A stretch of 64,000 nt of DNA, taken from NCBI RefSeq assembly GCF_009914755.1, contig NC_060931.1, one strand, 5' to 3'. The notes beneath the pieces are model-generated. The model saw only the letters and a program-made list of their open reading frames with translations, did not search any database and was not told the DNA's origin. The stretch comes from the human T2T-CHM13v2.0 reference genome, Homo sapiens. Below, in pieces: positions 53,401-64,000 of the stretch (its first letter is position 1; the number at the start of each line of letters is the position of its first letter). Position numbers and translations under genes: made by a program.

Positions 53401-56400
53401 AGAAAATTCTTTGTGATGTGTGCGTTCAACTCACATAGTTTAACCTTTCTTTTCATAGAGCAGTTTGGAAACACTCTGTTTGTAAAGTCTGCAAGTGGAT
53501 ATATGGACCGCATTGAGGCCTTCGTTGGAAACGGGATTTCTTCATTTCATGCTAGACAGAAGAATTCTCAGTAACTTCTTTGTGCTGTGTGTATTCAACT
53601 CACAGAGTGGAACGTCCCTTTGCACAGAGCAGATTTGAAACACTCTTTTTGTGGAGTTTGCCAGTGGAGATTTCAAGCGATTTGATGCCAACAGTAGAAA
53701 AGGAAATATCTTCAAATAAAAACTAGACAGAATCATTCTCAGAAACTACTTTGTGATGTGTGCCTTCAACTCACAGAGTTCAACCTTTCTTTTCTTAGAG
53801 CAGTTTAGAAACACTCTGCTTGTTATGTCTGCAAGTGGATATTTGGACCTCTTTGAGGCCTTCGTTGCAAACGGGGTTTCTTCCTTTCATGCTAGACTAA
53901 GAAGAGTTCTCAGTAACTTTTTTGTGTTGTGTGTATTCAACTCACAGAGTTGAACCTTGCTTTAGAGAGAGCAGATTTGTAACACTCTTGCTGTGGCATT
54001 TTCAGGTGGAGATTTCAAGCGATTTGAGGACAATTGCAGAAAAGGAAATATCTTCGTATAATAACCAGACAGAATCATTCTCAGAAAGTGCTTTGTGATG
54101 TGTGCGTTCAACTCACAGAGTTTAACCTTTCTTTTCATAGAGGAGTTTGGAAACACACTGTTTGTAAAGTCTGCAAGTGGATATATGGACCTGTTTGAGG
54201 CCTTCGTTGGAAACGGGATTTCTTCATTGAATGCTAGACGGAAGAATTCTCAGTAAATTCTTTGTGTTGTGTGCATTCAACTCACAGAGTGGAACGTCCC
54301 TTTAGACAGAGCAGATTTGAAACCCTCTTTTTGCGGAATTTGCAAGTGGAGATTTCTAGCCATTTGATGCCAACAGTAGAAAGGGAAATATCTTCAAATA
54401 AAAACCAGACAGAATCATTCTCAGAAAATTCTTTGTGATGTGTGCGTTCAACTCACATAGTTTAACCTTTCTTTTCATAGAGCAGTTTGGAAACACTCTG
54501 TTTGTAAAGTCTGCAAGTGGATATATGGACCGCATTGAGGCCTTCGTTGGAAACGGGATTTCTTCATTTCATGCTAGACAGAAGAATTCTCAGTAACTTC
54601 TTTGTGCTGTGTGTATTCAACTCACAGAGTGGAACGTCCCTTTGCACAGAGCAGATTTGAAACACTCTTTTTGTGGAGTTTGCAAGTGGAGATTTCAAGC
54701 GATTTGATGCCAACAGTAGAAAAGGAAATATCTTCAAATAAAAACTAGACAGAATCATTCTCAGAAACTACTTTGTGATGTGTGCCTTCAACTCACAAGG
54801 TTTAACCTTTCTTTTCTTAGAGCAGTTTAGAAACACTCTGCTTGTTACGTCTGCAAGTGGATATTTGGACCTCTTTGAGGCCTTCGTTGCAAACGGGGTT
54901 TCTTCCTTTCATGCTAGACTAAGAAGAGTTCTCAGTAACTTTTTTGTGTTGTGTGTATTCAACTCACAGAATTGAACCTTGCTTTAGAGAGAGCAGATTT
55001 GAAACACTCTTGCTGTGGCATTTTCAGGTGGAGATTTCAAGCGATTTGAGGACAATTGCAGAAAAGGAAATATCTTCGTATAATAACCAGACAGAATCAT
55101 TCTCAGAAAGTGCTTTGTGATGTGTGCGTTCAACTCACAGAGTTTAACCTTTCTTTTCATAGAGGAGTTTGGAAACACACTGTTTGTAAAGTCTGCAAGT
55201 GGATATATGGACCTGTTTGAGGCCTTCGTTGGAAACGGGATTTCTTCATTGAATGCTAGACGGAAGAATTCTCAGTAAATTCTTTGTGTTGTGTGCATTC
55301 AACTCACAGAGTGGAACGTCCCTTTAGACAGAGCAGATTTGAAACACTCTTTTTGCGGAATTTGCAAGTGGAGATTTCTAGCCATTTGATGCCAACAGTA
55401 GAAAGGGAAATATCTTCAAATAAAAACCAGACAGAATCATTCTCAGAAAATTCTTTGTGATGTGTGCGTTCAACTCACATAGTTTAACCTTTCTTTTCAT
55501 AGAGCAGTTTGGAAACACTCTGTTTGTAAAGTCTGCAAGTGGATATATGGACCGCATTGAGGCCTTCGTTGGAAACGGGATTTCTTCATTTCATGCTAGA
55601 CAGAAGAATTCTCAGTAACTTCTTTGTGCTGTGTGTATTCAACTCACAGAGTGGAACGTCCCTTTGCACAGAGCAGATTTGAAACACTCTTTTTGTGGAG
55701 TTTGCAAGTGGAGATTTCAAGCGATTTGATGCCTACAGTAGAAAAGGAAATATCTTCAAATAAAAACTAGACAGAATCATTCTCAGAAACTACTTTGTGA
55801 TGTGTGCCTTCAACTCACAGAGTTTAACCTTTCTTTTCTTAGAGCAGTTTAGAAACACTCTGCTTGTTATGTCTGCAAGTGGATATTTGGACCTCTTTGA
55901 GGCCTTCGTTGCAAACGGGGTTTCTTCCTTTCATGCTAGACTAAGAAGAGTTCTCAGTAACTTTTTTGTGTTGTGTGTATTCAACTCACAGAGTTGAACC
56001 TTGCTTTAGAGAGAGCAGATTTGAAACACTCTTGCTGTGGCATTTTCAGGTGGAGATTTCAAGCGATTTGAGGACAATTGCAGAAAAGGAAATATCTTCG
56101 TATAATAACCAGACAGAATCATTCTCAGAAAGTGCTTTGTGATGTGTGCGTTCAACTCACAGAGTTTAACCTTTCTTTTCATAGAGGAGTTTGGAAACAC
56201 ACTGTTTGTAAAGTCTGCAAGTGGATATATGGACCTGTTTGAGGCCTTCGTTGGAAACGGGATTTCTTCATTGAATGCTAGACGGAAGAATTCTCAGTAA
56301 ATTCTTTGTGTTGTGTGCATTCAACTCACAGAGTGGAACGTCCCTTTAGACAGAGCAGATTTGAAACACTCTTTTTGCGGAATTTGCAAGTGGAGATTTC

Positions 56401-59400
56401 TAGCCATTTGATGCCAACAGTAGAAAGGGAAATATCTTCAAATAAAAACCAGACAGAATCATTCTCAGAAAATTCTTTGTGATGTGTGCGTTCAACTCAC
56501 ATAGTTTAACCTTTCTTTTCATAGAGCAGTTTGGAAACACTCTGTTTGTAAAGTCTGCAAGTGGATATATGGACCGCATTGAGGCCTTCGTTGGAAACGG
56601 GATTTCTTCATTTCATGCTAGACAGAAGAATTCTCAGTAACTTCTTTGTGCTGTGTGTATTCAACTCACAGAGTGGAACGTCCCTTTGCACAGAGCAGAT
56701 TTGAAACACTCTTTTTGTGGAGTTTGCAAGTGGAGATTTCAAGCGATTTGATGCCAACAGTAGAAAAGGAAATATCTTCAAATAAAAACTAGACAGAATC
56801 ATTCTCAGAAACTACTTTGTGATGTGTGCCTTCAACTCACAGAGTTCAACCTTTCTTTTCTTAGAGCAGTTTAGAAACACTCTGCTTGTTATGTCTGCAA
56901 GTGGATATTTGGACCTCTTTGAGGCCTTCGTTGCAAACGGGGTTTCTTCCTTTCATGCTAGACTAAGAAGAGTTCTCAGTAACTTTTTTGTGTTGTGTGT
57001 ATTCAACTCACAGAGTTGAACCTTGCTTTAGAGAGAGCAGATTTGAAACACTCTTGCTGTGGCATTTTCAGGTGGAGATTTCAAGCGATTTGAGGACAAT
57101 TGCAGAAAAGGAAATATCTTCGTATAATAACCAGACAGAATCATTCTCAGAAAGTGCTTTGTGATGTGTGCGTTCAACTCACAGAGTTTAACCTTTCTTT
57201 TCATAGAGGAGTTTGGAAACACACTGTTTGTAAAGTCTGCAAGTGGATATATGGACCTGTTTGAGGCCTTCGTTGGAAACGGGATTTCTTCATTGAATGC
57301 TAGACGGAAGAATTCTCAGTAAATTCTTTGTGTTGTGTGCATTCAACTCACAGAGTGGAACGTCCCTTTAGACAGAGCAGATTTGAAACACTCTTTTTGC
57401 GGAATTTGCAAGTGGAGATTTCTAGCCATTTGATGCCAACAGTAGAAAGGGAAATATCTTCAAATAAAAACCAGACAGAATCATTCTCAGAAAATTCTTT
57501 GTGATGTGTGCGTTCAACTCACATAGTTTAACCTTTCTTTTCATAGAGCAGTTTGGAAACACTCTGTTTGTAAAGTCTGCAAGTGGATATATGGACCGCA
57601 TTGAGGCCTTCGTTGGAAACGGGATTTCTTCATTTCATGCTAGACAGAAGAATTCTCAGTAACTTCTTTGTGCTGTGTGTATTCAACTCACAGAGTGGAA
57701 CGTCCCTTTGCACAGAGCAGATTTGAAACACTCTTTTTGTGGAGTTTGCCAGTGGAGATTTCAAGCGATTTGATGCCAACAGTAGAAAAGGAAATATCTT
57801 CAAATAAAAACTAGACAGAATCATTCTCAGAAACTACTTTGTGATGTGTGCCTTCAACTCACAGAGTTCAACCTTTCTTTTCTTAGAGCAGTTTAGAAAC
57901 ACTCTGCTTGTTATGTCTGCAAGTGGATATTTGGACCTCTTTGAGGCCTTCGTTGCAAACGGGGTTTCTTCCTTTCATGCTAGACTAAGAAGAGTTCTCA
58001 GTAACTTTTTTGTGTTGTGTGTATTCAACTCACAGAGTTGAACCTTGCTTTAGAGAGAGCAGATTTGAAACACTCTTGTTGTGGCATTTTCAGGTGGAGA
58101 TTTCAAGCGATTTGAGGACAATTGCAGAAAAGGAAATATCTTCGTATAATAACCAGACAGAATCATTCTCAGAAAGTGCTTTGTGATGTGTGCGTTCAAC
58201 TCACAGAGTTTAACCTTTCTTTTCATAGAGGAGTTTGGAAACACACTGTTTGTAAAGTCTGCAAGTGGATACATGGACCTGTTTGAGGCCTTCGTTGGAA
58301 ACGGGATTTCTTCATTGAATGCTAGACGGAAGAATTCTCAGTAAATTCTTTGTGTTGTGTGCATTCAACTCACAGAGTGGAACGTCCCTTTAGACAGAGC
58401 AGATTTGAAACACTCTTTTTGCGGAATTTGCAAGTGGAGATTTCTAGCCATTTGATGCCAACAGTAGAAAGGGAAATATCTTCAAATAAAAACCAGACAG
58501 AATCATTCTCAGAAAATTCTTTGTGATGTGTGCGTTCAACTCACATAGTTTAACCTTTCTTTTCATAGAGCAGTTTGGAAACACTCTGTTTGTAAAGTCT
58601 GCAAGTGGATATATGGACCGCATTGAGGCCTTCGTTGGAAACGGGATTTCTTCATTTCATGCTAGACAGAAGAATTCTCAGTAACTTCTTTGTGCTGTGT
58701 GTATTCAACTCACAGAGTGGAACGTCCCTTTGCACAGAGCAGATTTGAAACACTCTTTTTGTGGAGTTTGCAAGTGGAGATTTCAAGCGATTTGATGCCT
58801 ACAGTAGAAAAGGAAATATCTTCAAATAAAAACTAGACAGAATCATTCTCAGAAACTACTTTGTGATGTGTGCCTTCAACTCACAGAGTTTAACCTTTCT
58901 TTTCTTAGAGCAGTTTAGAAACACTCTGCTTGTTATGTCTGCAAGTGGATATTTGGACCTCTTTGAGGCCTTCGTTGCAAACGGGGTTTCTTCCTTTCAT
59001 GCTAGACTAAGAAGAGTTCTCAGTAACTTTTTTGTGTTGTGTGTATTCAACTCACAGAGTTGAACCTTGCTTTAGAGAGAGCAGATTTGAAACACTCTTG
59101 CTGTGGCATTTTCAGGTGGAGATTTCAAGCGATTTGAGGACAATTGCAGAAAAGGAAATATCTTCGTATAATAACCAGACAGAATCATTCTCAGAAAGTG
59201 CTTTGTGATGTGTGCGTTCAACTCACAGAGTTTAACCTTTCTTTTCATAGAGGAGTTTGGAAACACACTGTTTGTAAAGTCTGCAAGTGGATATATGGAC
59301 CTGTTTGAGGCCTTCGTTGGAAACGGGATTTCTTCATTGAATGCTAGACGGAAGAATTCTCAGTAAATTCTTTGTGTTGTGTGCATTCAACTCACAGAGT

Positions 59401-62158
59401 GGAACGTCCCTTTAGACAGAGCAGATTTGAAACCCTCTTTTTGCGGAATTTGCAAGTGGAGATTTCTAGCCATTTGATGCCAACAGTAGAAAGGGAAATA
59501 TCTTCAAATAAAAACCAGACAGAATCATTCTCAGAAAATTCTTTGTGATGTGTGCGTTCAACTCACATAGTTTAACCTTTCTTTTCATAGAGCAGTTTGG
59601 AAACACTCTGTTTGTAAAGTCTGCAAGTGGATATATGGACCGCATTGAGGCCTTCGTTGGAAACGGGATTTCTTCATTTCATGCTAGACAGAAGAATTCT
59701 CAGTAACTTCTTTGTGCTGTGTGTATTCAACTCACAGAGTGGAACGTCCCTTTGCACAGAGCAGATTTGAAACACTCTTTTTGTGGAGTTTGCAAGTGGA
59801 GATTTCAAGCGATTTGATGCCAACAGTAGAAAAGGAAATATCTTCAAATAAAAACTAGACAGAATCATTCTCAGAAACTACTTTGTGATGTGTGCCTTCA
59901 ACTCACAGAGTTCAACCTTTCTTTTCTTAGAGCAGTTTAGAAACACTCTGCTTGTTATGTCTGCAAGTGGATATTTGGACCTCTTTGAGGCCTTCGTTGC
60001 AAACGGGGTTTCTTCCTTTCATGCTAGACTAAGAAGAGTTCTCAGTAACTTTTTTGTGTTGTGTGTATTCAACTCACAGAGTTGAACCTTGCTTTAGAGA
60101 GAGCAGATTTGAAACACTCTTGCTGTGGCATTTTCAGGTGGAGATTTCAAGCGATTTGAGGACAATTGCAGAAAAGGAAATATCTTCGTATAATAACCAG
60201 ACAGAATCATTCTCAGAAAGTGCTTTGTGATGTGTGCGTTCAACTCACAGAGTTTAACCTTTCTTTTCATAGAGGAGTTTGGAAACACACTGTTTGTAAA
60301 GTCTGCAAGTGGATATATGGACCTGTTTGAGGCCTTCGTTGGAAACGGGATTTCTTCATTGAATGCTAGACGGAAGAATTCTCAGTAAATTCTTTGTGTT
60401 GTGTGCATTCAACTCACAGAGTGGAACGTCCCTTTAGACAGAGCAGATTTGAAACACTCTTTTTGCGGAATTTGCAAGTGGAGATTTCTAGCCATTTGAT
60501 GCCAACAGTAGAAAGGGAAATATCTTCAAATAAAAACCAGACAGAATCATTCTCAGAAAATTCTTTGTGATGTGTGCGTTCAACTCACATAGTTTAACCT
60601 TTCTTTTCATAGAGCAGTTTGGAAACACTCTGTTTGTAAAGTCTGCAAGTGGATATATGGACCGCATTGAGGCCTTCGTTGGAAACGGGATTTCTTCATT
60701 TCATGCTAGACAGAAGAATTCTCAGTAACTTCTTTGTGCTGTGTGTATTCAACTCACAGAGTGGAACGTCCCTTTGCACAGAGCAGATTTGAAACACTCT
60801 TTTTGTGGAGTTTGCCAGTGGAGATTTCAAGCGATTTGATGCCAACAGTAGAAAAGGAAATATCTTCAAATAAAAACTAGACAGAATCATTCTCAGAAAC
60901 TACTTTGTGATGTGTGCCTTCAACTCACAGAGTTCAACCTTTCTTTTCTTAGAGCAGTTTAGAAACACTCTGCTTGTTATGTCTGCAAGTGGATATTTGG
61001 ACCTCTTTGAGGCCTTCGTTGCAAACGGGGTTTCTTCCTTTCATGCTAGACTAAGAAGAGTTCTCAGTAACTTTTTTGTGTTGTGTGTATTCAACTCACA
61101 GAGTTGAACCTTGCTTTAGAGAGAGCAGATTTGAAACACTCTTGCTGTGGCATTTTCAGGTGGAGATTTCAAGCGATTTGAGGACAATTGCAGAAAAGGA
61201 AATATCTTCGTATAATAACCAGACAGAATCATTCTCAGAAAGTGCTTTGTGATGTGTGCGTTCAACTCACAGAGTTTAACCTTTCTTTTCATAGAGGAGT
61301 TTGGAAACACACTGTTTGTAAAGTCTGCAAGTGGATATATGGACCTGTTTGAGGCCTTCGTTGGAAACGGGATTTCTTCATTGAATGCTAGACGGAAGAA
61401 TTCTCAGTAAATTCTTTGTGTTGTGTGCATTCAACTCACAGAGTGGAACGTCCCTTTAGACAGAGCAGATTTGAAACACTCTTTTTGCGGAATTTGCAAG
61501 TGGAGATTTCTAGCCATTTGATGCCAACAGTAGAAAGGGAAATATCTTCAAATAAAAACCAGACAGAATCATTCTCAGAAAATTCTTTGTGATGTGTGCG
61601 TTCAACTCACATAGTTTAACCTTTCTTTTCATAGAGCAGTTTGGAAACACTCTGTTTGTAAAGTCTGCAAGTGGATATATGGACCGCATTGAGGCCTTCG
61701 TTGGAAACGGGATTTCTTCATTTCATGCTAGACAGAAGAATTCTCAGTAACTTCTTTGTGCTGTGTGTATTCAACTCACAGAGTGGAACGTCCCTTTGCA
61801 CAGAGCAGATTTGAAACACTCTTTTTGTGGAGTTTGCCAGTGGAGATTTCAAGCGATTTGATGCCAACAGTAGAAAAGGAAATATCTTCAAATAAAAACT
61901 AGACAGAATCATTCTCAGAAACTACTTTGTGATGTGTGCCTTCAACTCACAGAGTTCAACCTTTCTTTTCTTAGAGCAGTTTAGAAACACTCTGCTTGTT
62001 ATGTCTGCAAGTGGATATTTGGACCTCTTTGAGGCCTTCGTTGCAAACGGGGTTTCTTCCTTTCATGCTAGACTAAGAAGAGTTCTCAGTAACTTTTTTG
62101 TGTTGTGTGTATTCAACTCACAGAGTTGAACCTTGCTTTAGAGAGAGCAGATTTGAAA
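38452..62158 (+). repeat. ~8-HOR block repeated at 15330-bp (15-HOR) spacing: about 38.5-46.8 kb and 53.8-62.1 kb
   Basis: Paired variants at 38650/53980, 38994/54324, 39468-9/54798-9, 39641/54971, 40404/55734, 42420/57750, 42749/58079, 43470/58800, 44104/59434, 45486/60816 and 46508/61838. Confidence 0.9.
41400..53660 (+). repeat. Tandem duplication of a 6-HOR block, period 6132 bp (ends approximate)
   Basis: Paired variants at 42420/48552, 42749/48881, 43470/49602, 44104/50236, 45486/51618 and 46508/52640. Mismatches at 43964/50096 and 50259. Confidence 0.85.
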
Positions 62159-64000
62159 AACTCTTGTTGTGGCATTTTCAGGTGGAGATTTCAAGCGATT
62201 TGAGGACAATTGCAGAAAAGGAAATATCTTCGTATAATAACCAGACAGAATCATTCTCAGAAAGTGCTTTGTGATGTGTGCGTTCAACTCACAGAGTTTA
62301 ACCTTTCTTTTCATAGAGGAGTTTGGAAACACACTGTTTGTAAAGTCTGCAAGTGGATACATGGACCTGTTTGAGGCCTTCGTTGGAAACGGGATTTCTT
62401 CATTGAATGCTAGACGGAAGAATTCTCAGTAAATTCTTTGTGTTGTGTGCATTCAACTCACAGAGTGGAACGTCCCTTTAGACACAGCAGATTTGAAACA
62501 CTCTTTTTGCGGAATTTGCAAGTGGAGATTTCTAGCCATTTGATGCCAACAGTAGAAAGGGAAATATCTTCAAATAAAAACCAGACAGAATCATTCTCAG
62601 AAAATTCTTTGTGATGTGTGCGTTCAACTCACATAGTTTAACCTTTCTTTTCATAGAGCAGTTTGGAAACACTCTGTTTGTAAAGTCTGCAAGTGGATAT
62701 ATGGACCTCATTGAGGCCTTCGTTGGAAACGGGATTTCTTCATTTCATGCTAGACAGAAGAATTCTCAGTAACTTCTTTGTGCTGTGTGTATTCAACTCA
62801 CAGAGTGGAACGTCCCTTTGCACAGAGGAGATTTGAAACACTCTTTTTGTGGAGTTTGCAAGTGGAGATTTCAAGCGATTTGATGCCAACAGTAGAAAAG
62901 GAAATATCTTCAAATAAAAACTAGACAGAATCATTCTCAGAAACTACTTTGTGATGTGTGCCTTCAACTCACAGAGTTTAACCTTTCTTTTCTTAGAGCA
63001 GTTTAGAAACACTCTGCTTGTTATGTCTGCAAGTGGATATTTGGACCTCTTTGAGGCCTTCGTTGCAAACGGGGTTTCTTCCTTTCATGCTAGACTAAGA
63101 AGAGTTCTCAGTAACTTTTTTGTGTTGTGTGTATTCAACTCACAGAGTTGAACCTTGCTTTAGAGAGAGCAGATTTGAAACACTCTTGCTGTGGCATTTT
63201 CAGGTGGAGATTTCAAGCGATTTGAGGACAATTGCAGAAAAGGAAATATCTTCGTATAATAACCAGACAGAATCATTCTCAGAAAGTGCTTTGTGATGTG
63301 TGCGTTCAACTCACAGAGTTTAACCTTTCTTTTCATAGAGGAGTTTGGAAACACACTGTTTGTAAAGTCTGCAAGTGGATATATGGACCTGTTTGAGGCC
63401 TTCGTTGGAAACGGGATTTCTTCATTGAATGCTAGACGGAAGAATTCTCAGTAAATTCTTTGTGTTGTGTGCATTCAACTCACAGAGTGGAACGTCCCTT
63501 TAGACAGAGCAGATTTGAAACACTCTTTTTGCGGAATTTGCAAGTGGAGATTTCTAGCCATTTGATGCCAACAGTAGAAAGGGAAATATCTTCAAATAAA
63601 AACCAGACAGAATCATTCTCAGAAAATTCTTTGTGATGTGTGCGTTCAACTCACATAGTTTAACCTTTCTTTTCATAGAGCAGTTTGGAAACACTCTGTT
63701 TGTAAAGTCTGCAAGTGGATATATGGACCGCATTGAGGCCTTCGTTGGAAACGGGATTTCTTCATTTCATGCTAGACAGAAGAATTCTCAGTAACTTCTT
63801 TGTGCTGTGTGTATTCAACTCACAGAGTGGAACGTCCCTTTGCACAGAGCAGATTTGAAACACTCTTTTTGTGGAGTTTGCAAGTGGAGATTTCAAGCGA
63901 TTTGATGCCAACAGTAGAAAAGGAAATATCTTCAAATAAAAACTAGACAGAATCATTCTCAGAAACTACTTTGTGATGTGTGCCTTCAACTCACAGAGTT

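Larger units (their letters stand above)
1..64000 (+). repeat. Alpha-satellite higher-order repeat array, 6-mer (1022 bp) HOR, about 63 head-to-tail copies, continuing beyond both window edges
   Basis: ~170-bp monomers with alphoid motifs (CATTCTCAGAAA, TTCAACTCACAGAG, TTTGAAACACTC, GCAAGTGGA). The ORF track recurs every 1022 bp (962, 1984, 3006 ... 62951). Length accounting: 63973-962=63011=62x1022-353, and 353 equals the deletions seen (340+6x2+1), leaving no room for a net insertion. Confidence 0.99.
1..64000 (+). other. D7Z1: Probable human chromosome 7 active centromeric array D7Z1 (S1C7H1L), SF1 dimeric J1/J2 family
   Basis: Alternating box-bearing and box-less monomers, ~1.02-kb 6-mer period, and EcoRI sites at 431, 771, 1453 giving 340+682-bp fragments, matching the classic 340/680-bp D7Z1 pattern. 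Recognised from recalled properties, not a search. Other SF1 arrays with 6-mer forms (chr1/5/19, chr10) are not formally excluded. Confidence 0.8.

Noticed and set aside
149-63956. About 180 short ORFs (63-89 aa) on both strands
   Set aside because: They recur with the 1022-bp period, appear and vanish with single variants, often use non-ATG starts, resemble no protein family I recognise and have no gene context. They are translations of satellite DNA.
1-64000. CRISPR-like appearance of conserved motifs at regular spacing
   Set aside because: The intervening sequences are themselves repeated rather than unique spacers, the period is ~170/340/1022 bp, and no cas genes are present.
1-64000. 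Transposon insertion, inversion or foreign sequence hidden in the array
   Set aside because: Unit lengths are fully accounted for by the listed deletions, all boxes read on the + strand, and no poly-A tail, target-site duplication or non-alphoid stretch was seen.
1-64000. Simulated GRCh38-type centromere model sequence
   Set aside because: Those models come from short-range monomer adjacency statistics and should not preserve ordered rare-variant sets over 5-15 kb, so a long-read assembly is more likely. Local misassembly cannot be excluded without reads.
1-64000. Calling this window the kinetochore site or centromere dip region
   Set aside because: That is defined by CENP-A and hypomethylation, which cannot be read from sequence.

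Overview
The whole 64 kb window is primate (almost certainly human) centromeric alpha satellite. It is one uninterrupted, single-orientation array of about 63 copies of a 1022-bp, six-monomer higher-order repeat (HOR), built from three dimers of 342, 340 and 340 bp with a CENP-B box in every second monomer. The dimeric organisation, 6-mer period and 340/682-bp EcoRI pattern best fit the live chromosome 7 array D7Z1 (S1C7H1L, suprachromosomal family 1). I find no genes, RNA genes, transposons, CRISPR arrays or inversions, and the ORFs are by-products of the repeat. I cannot support a new gene-based system here. The information lies in rare variants, read by eye, which record a layered history: one 4-mer deletion variant with a mosaic junction, tandem block duplications of 2, 3, 5 and 6 HORs, a repeat at 15-HOR spacing best explained as 8+6+1, a CENP-B-box-inactivating mutation that can be ordered between two duplications, probable short gene-conversion tracts, and substitutions clustered next to small deletions. 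A few single-base variants may have been missed.
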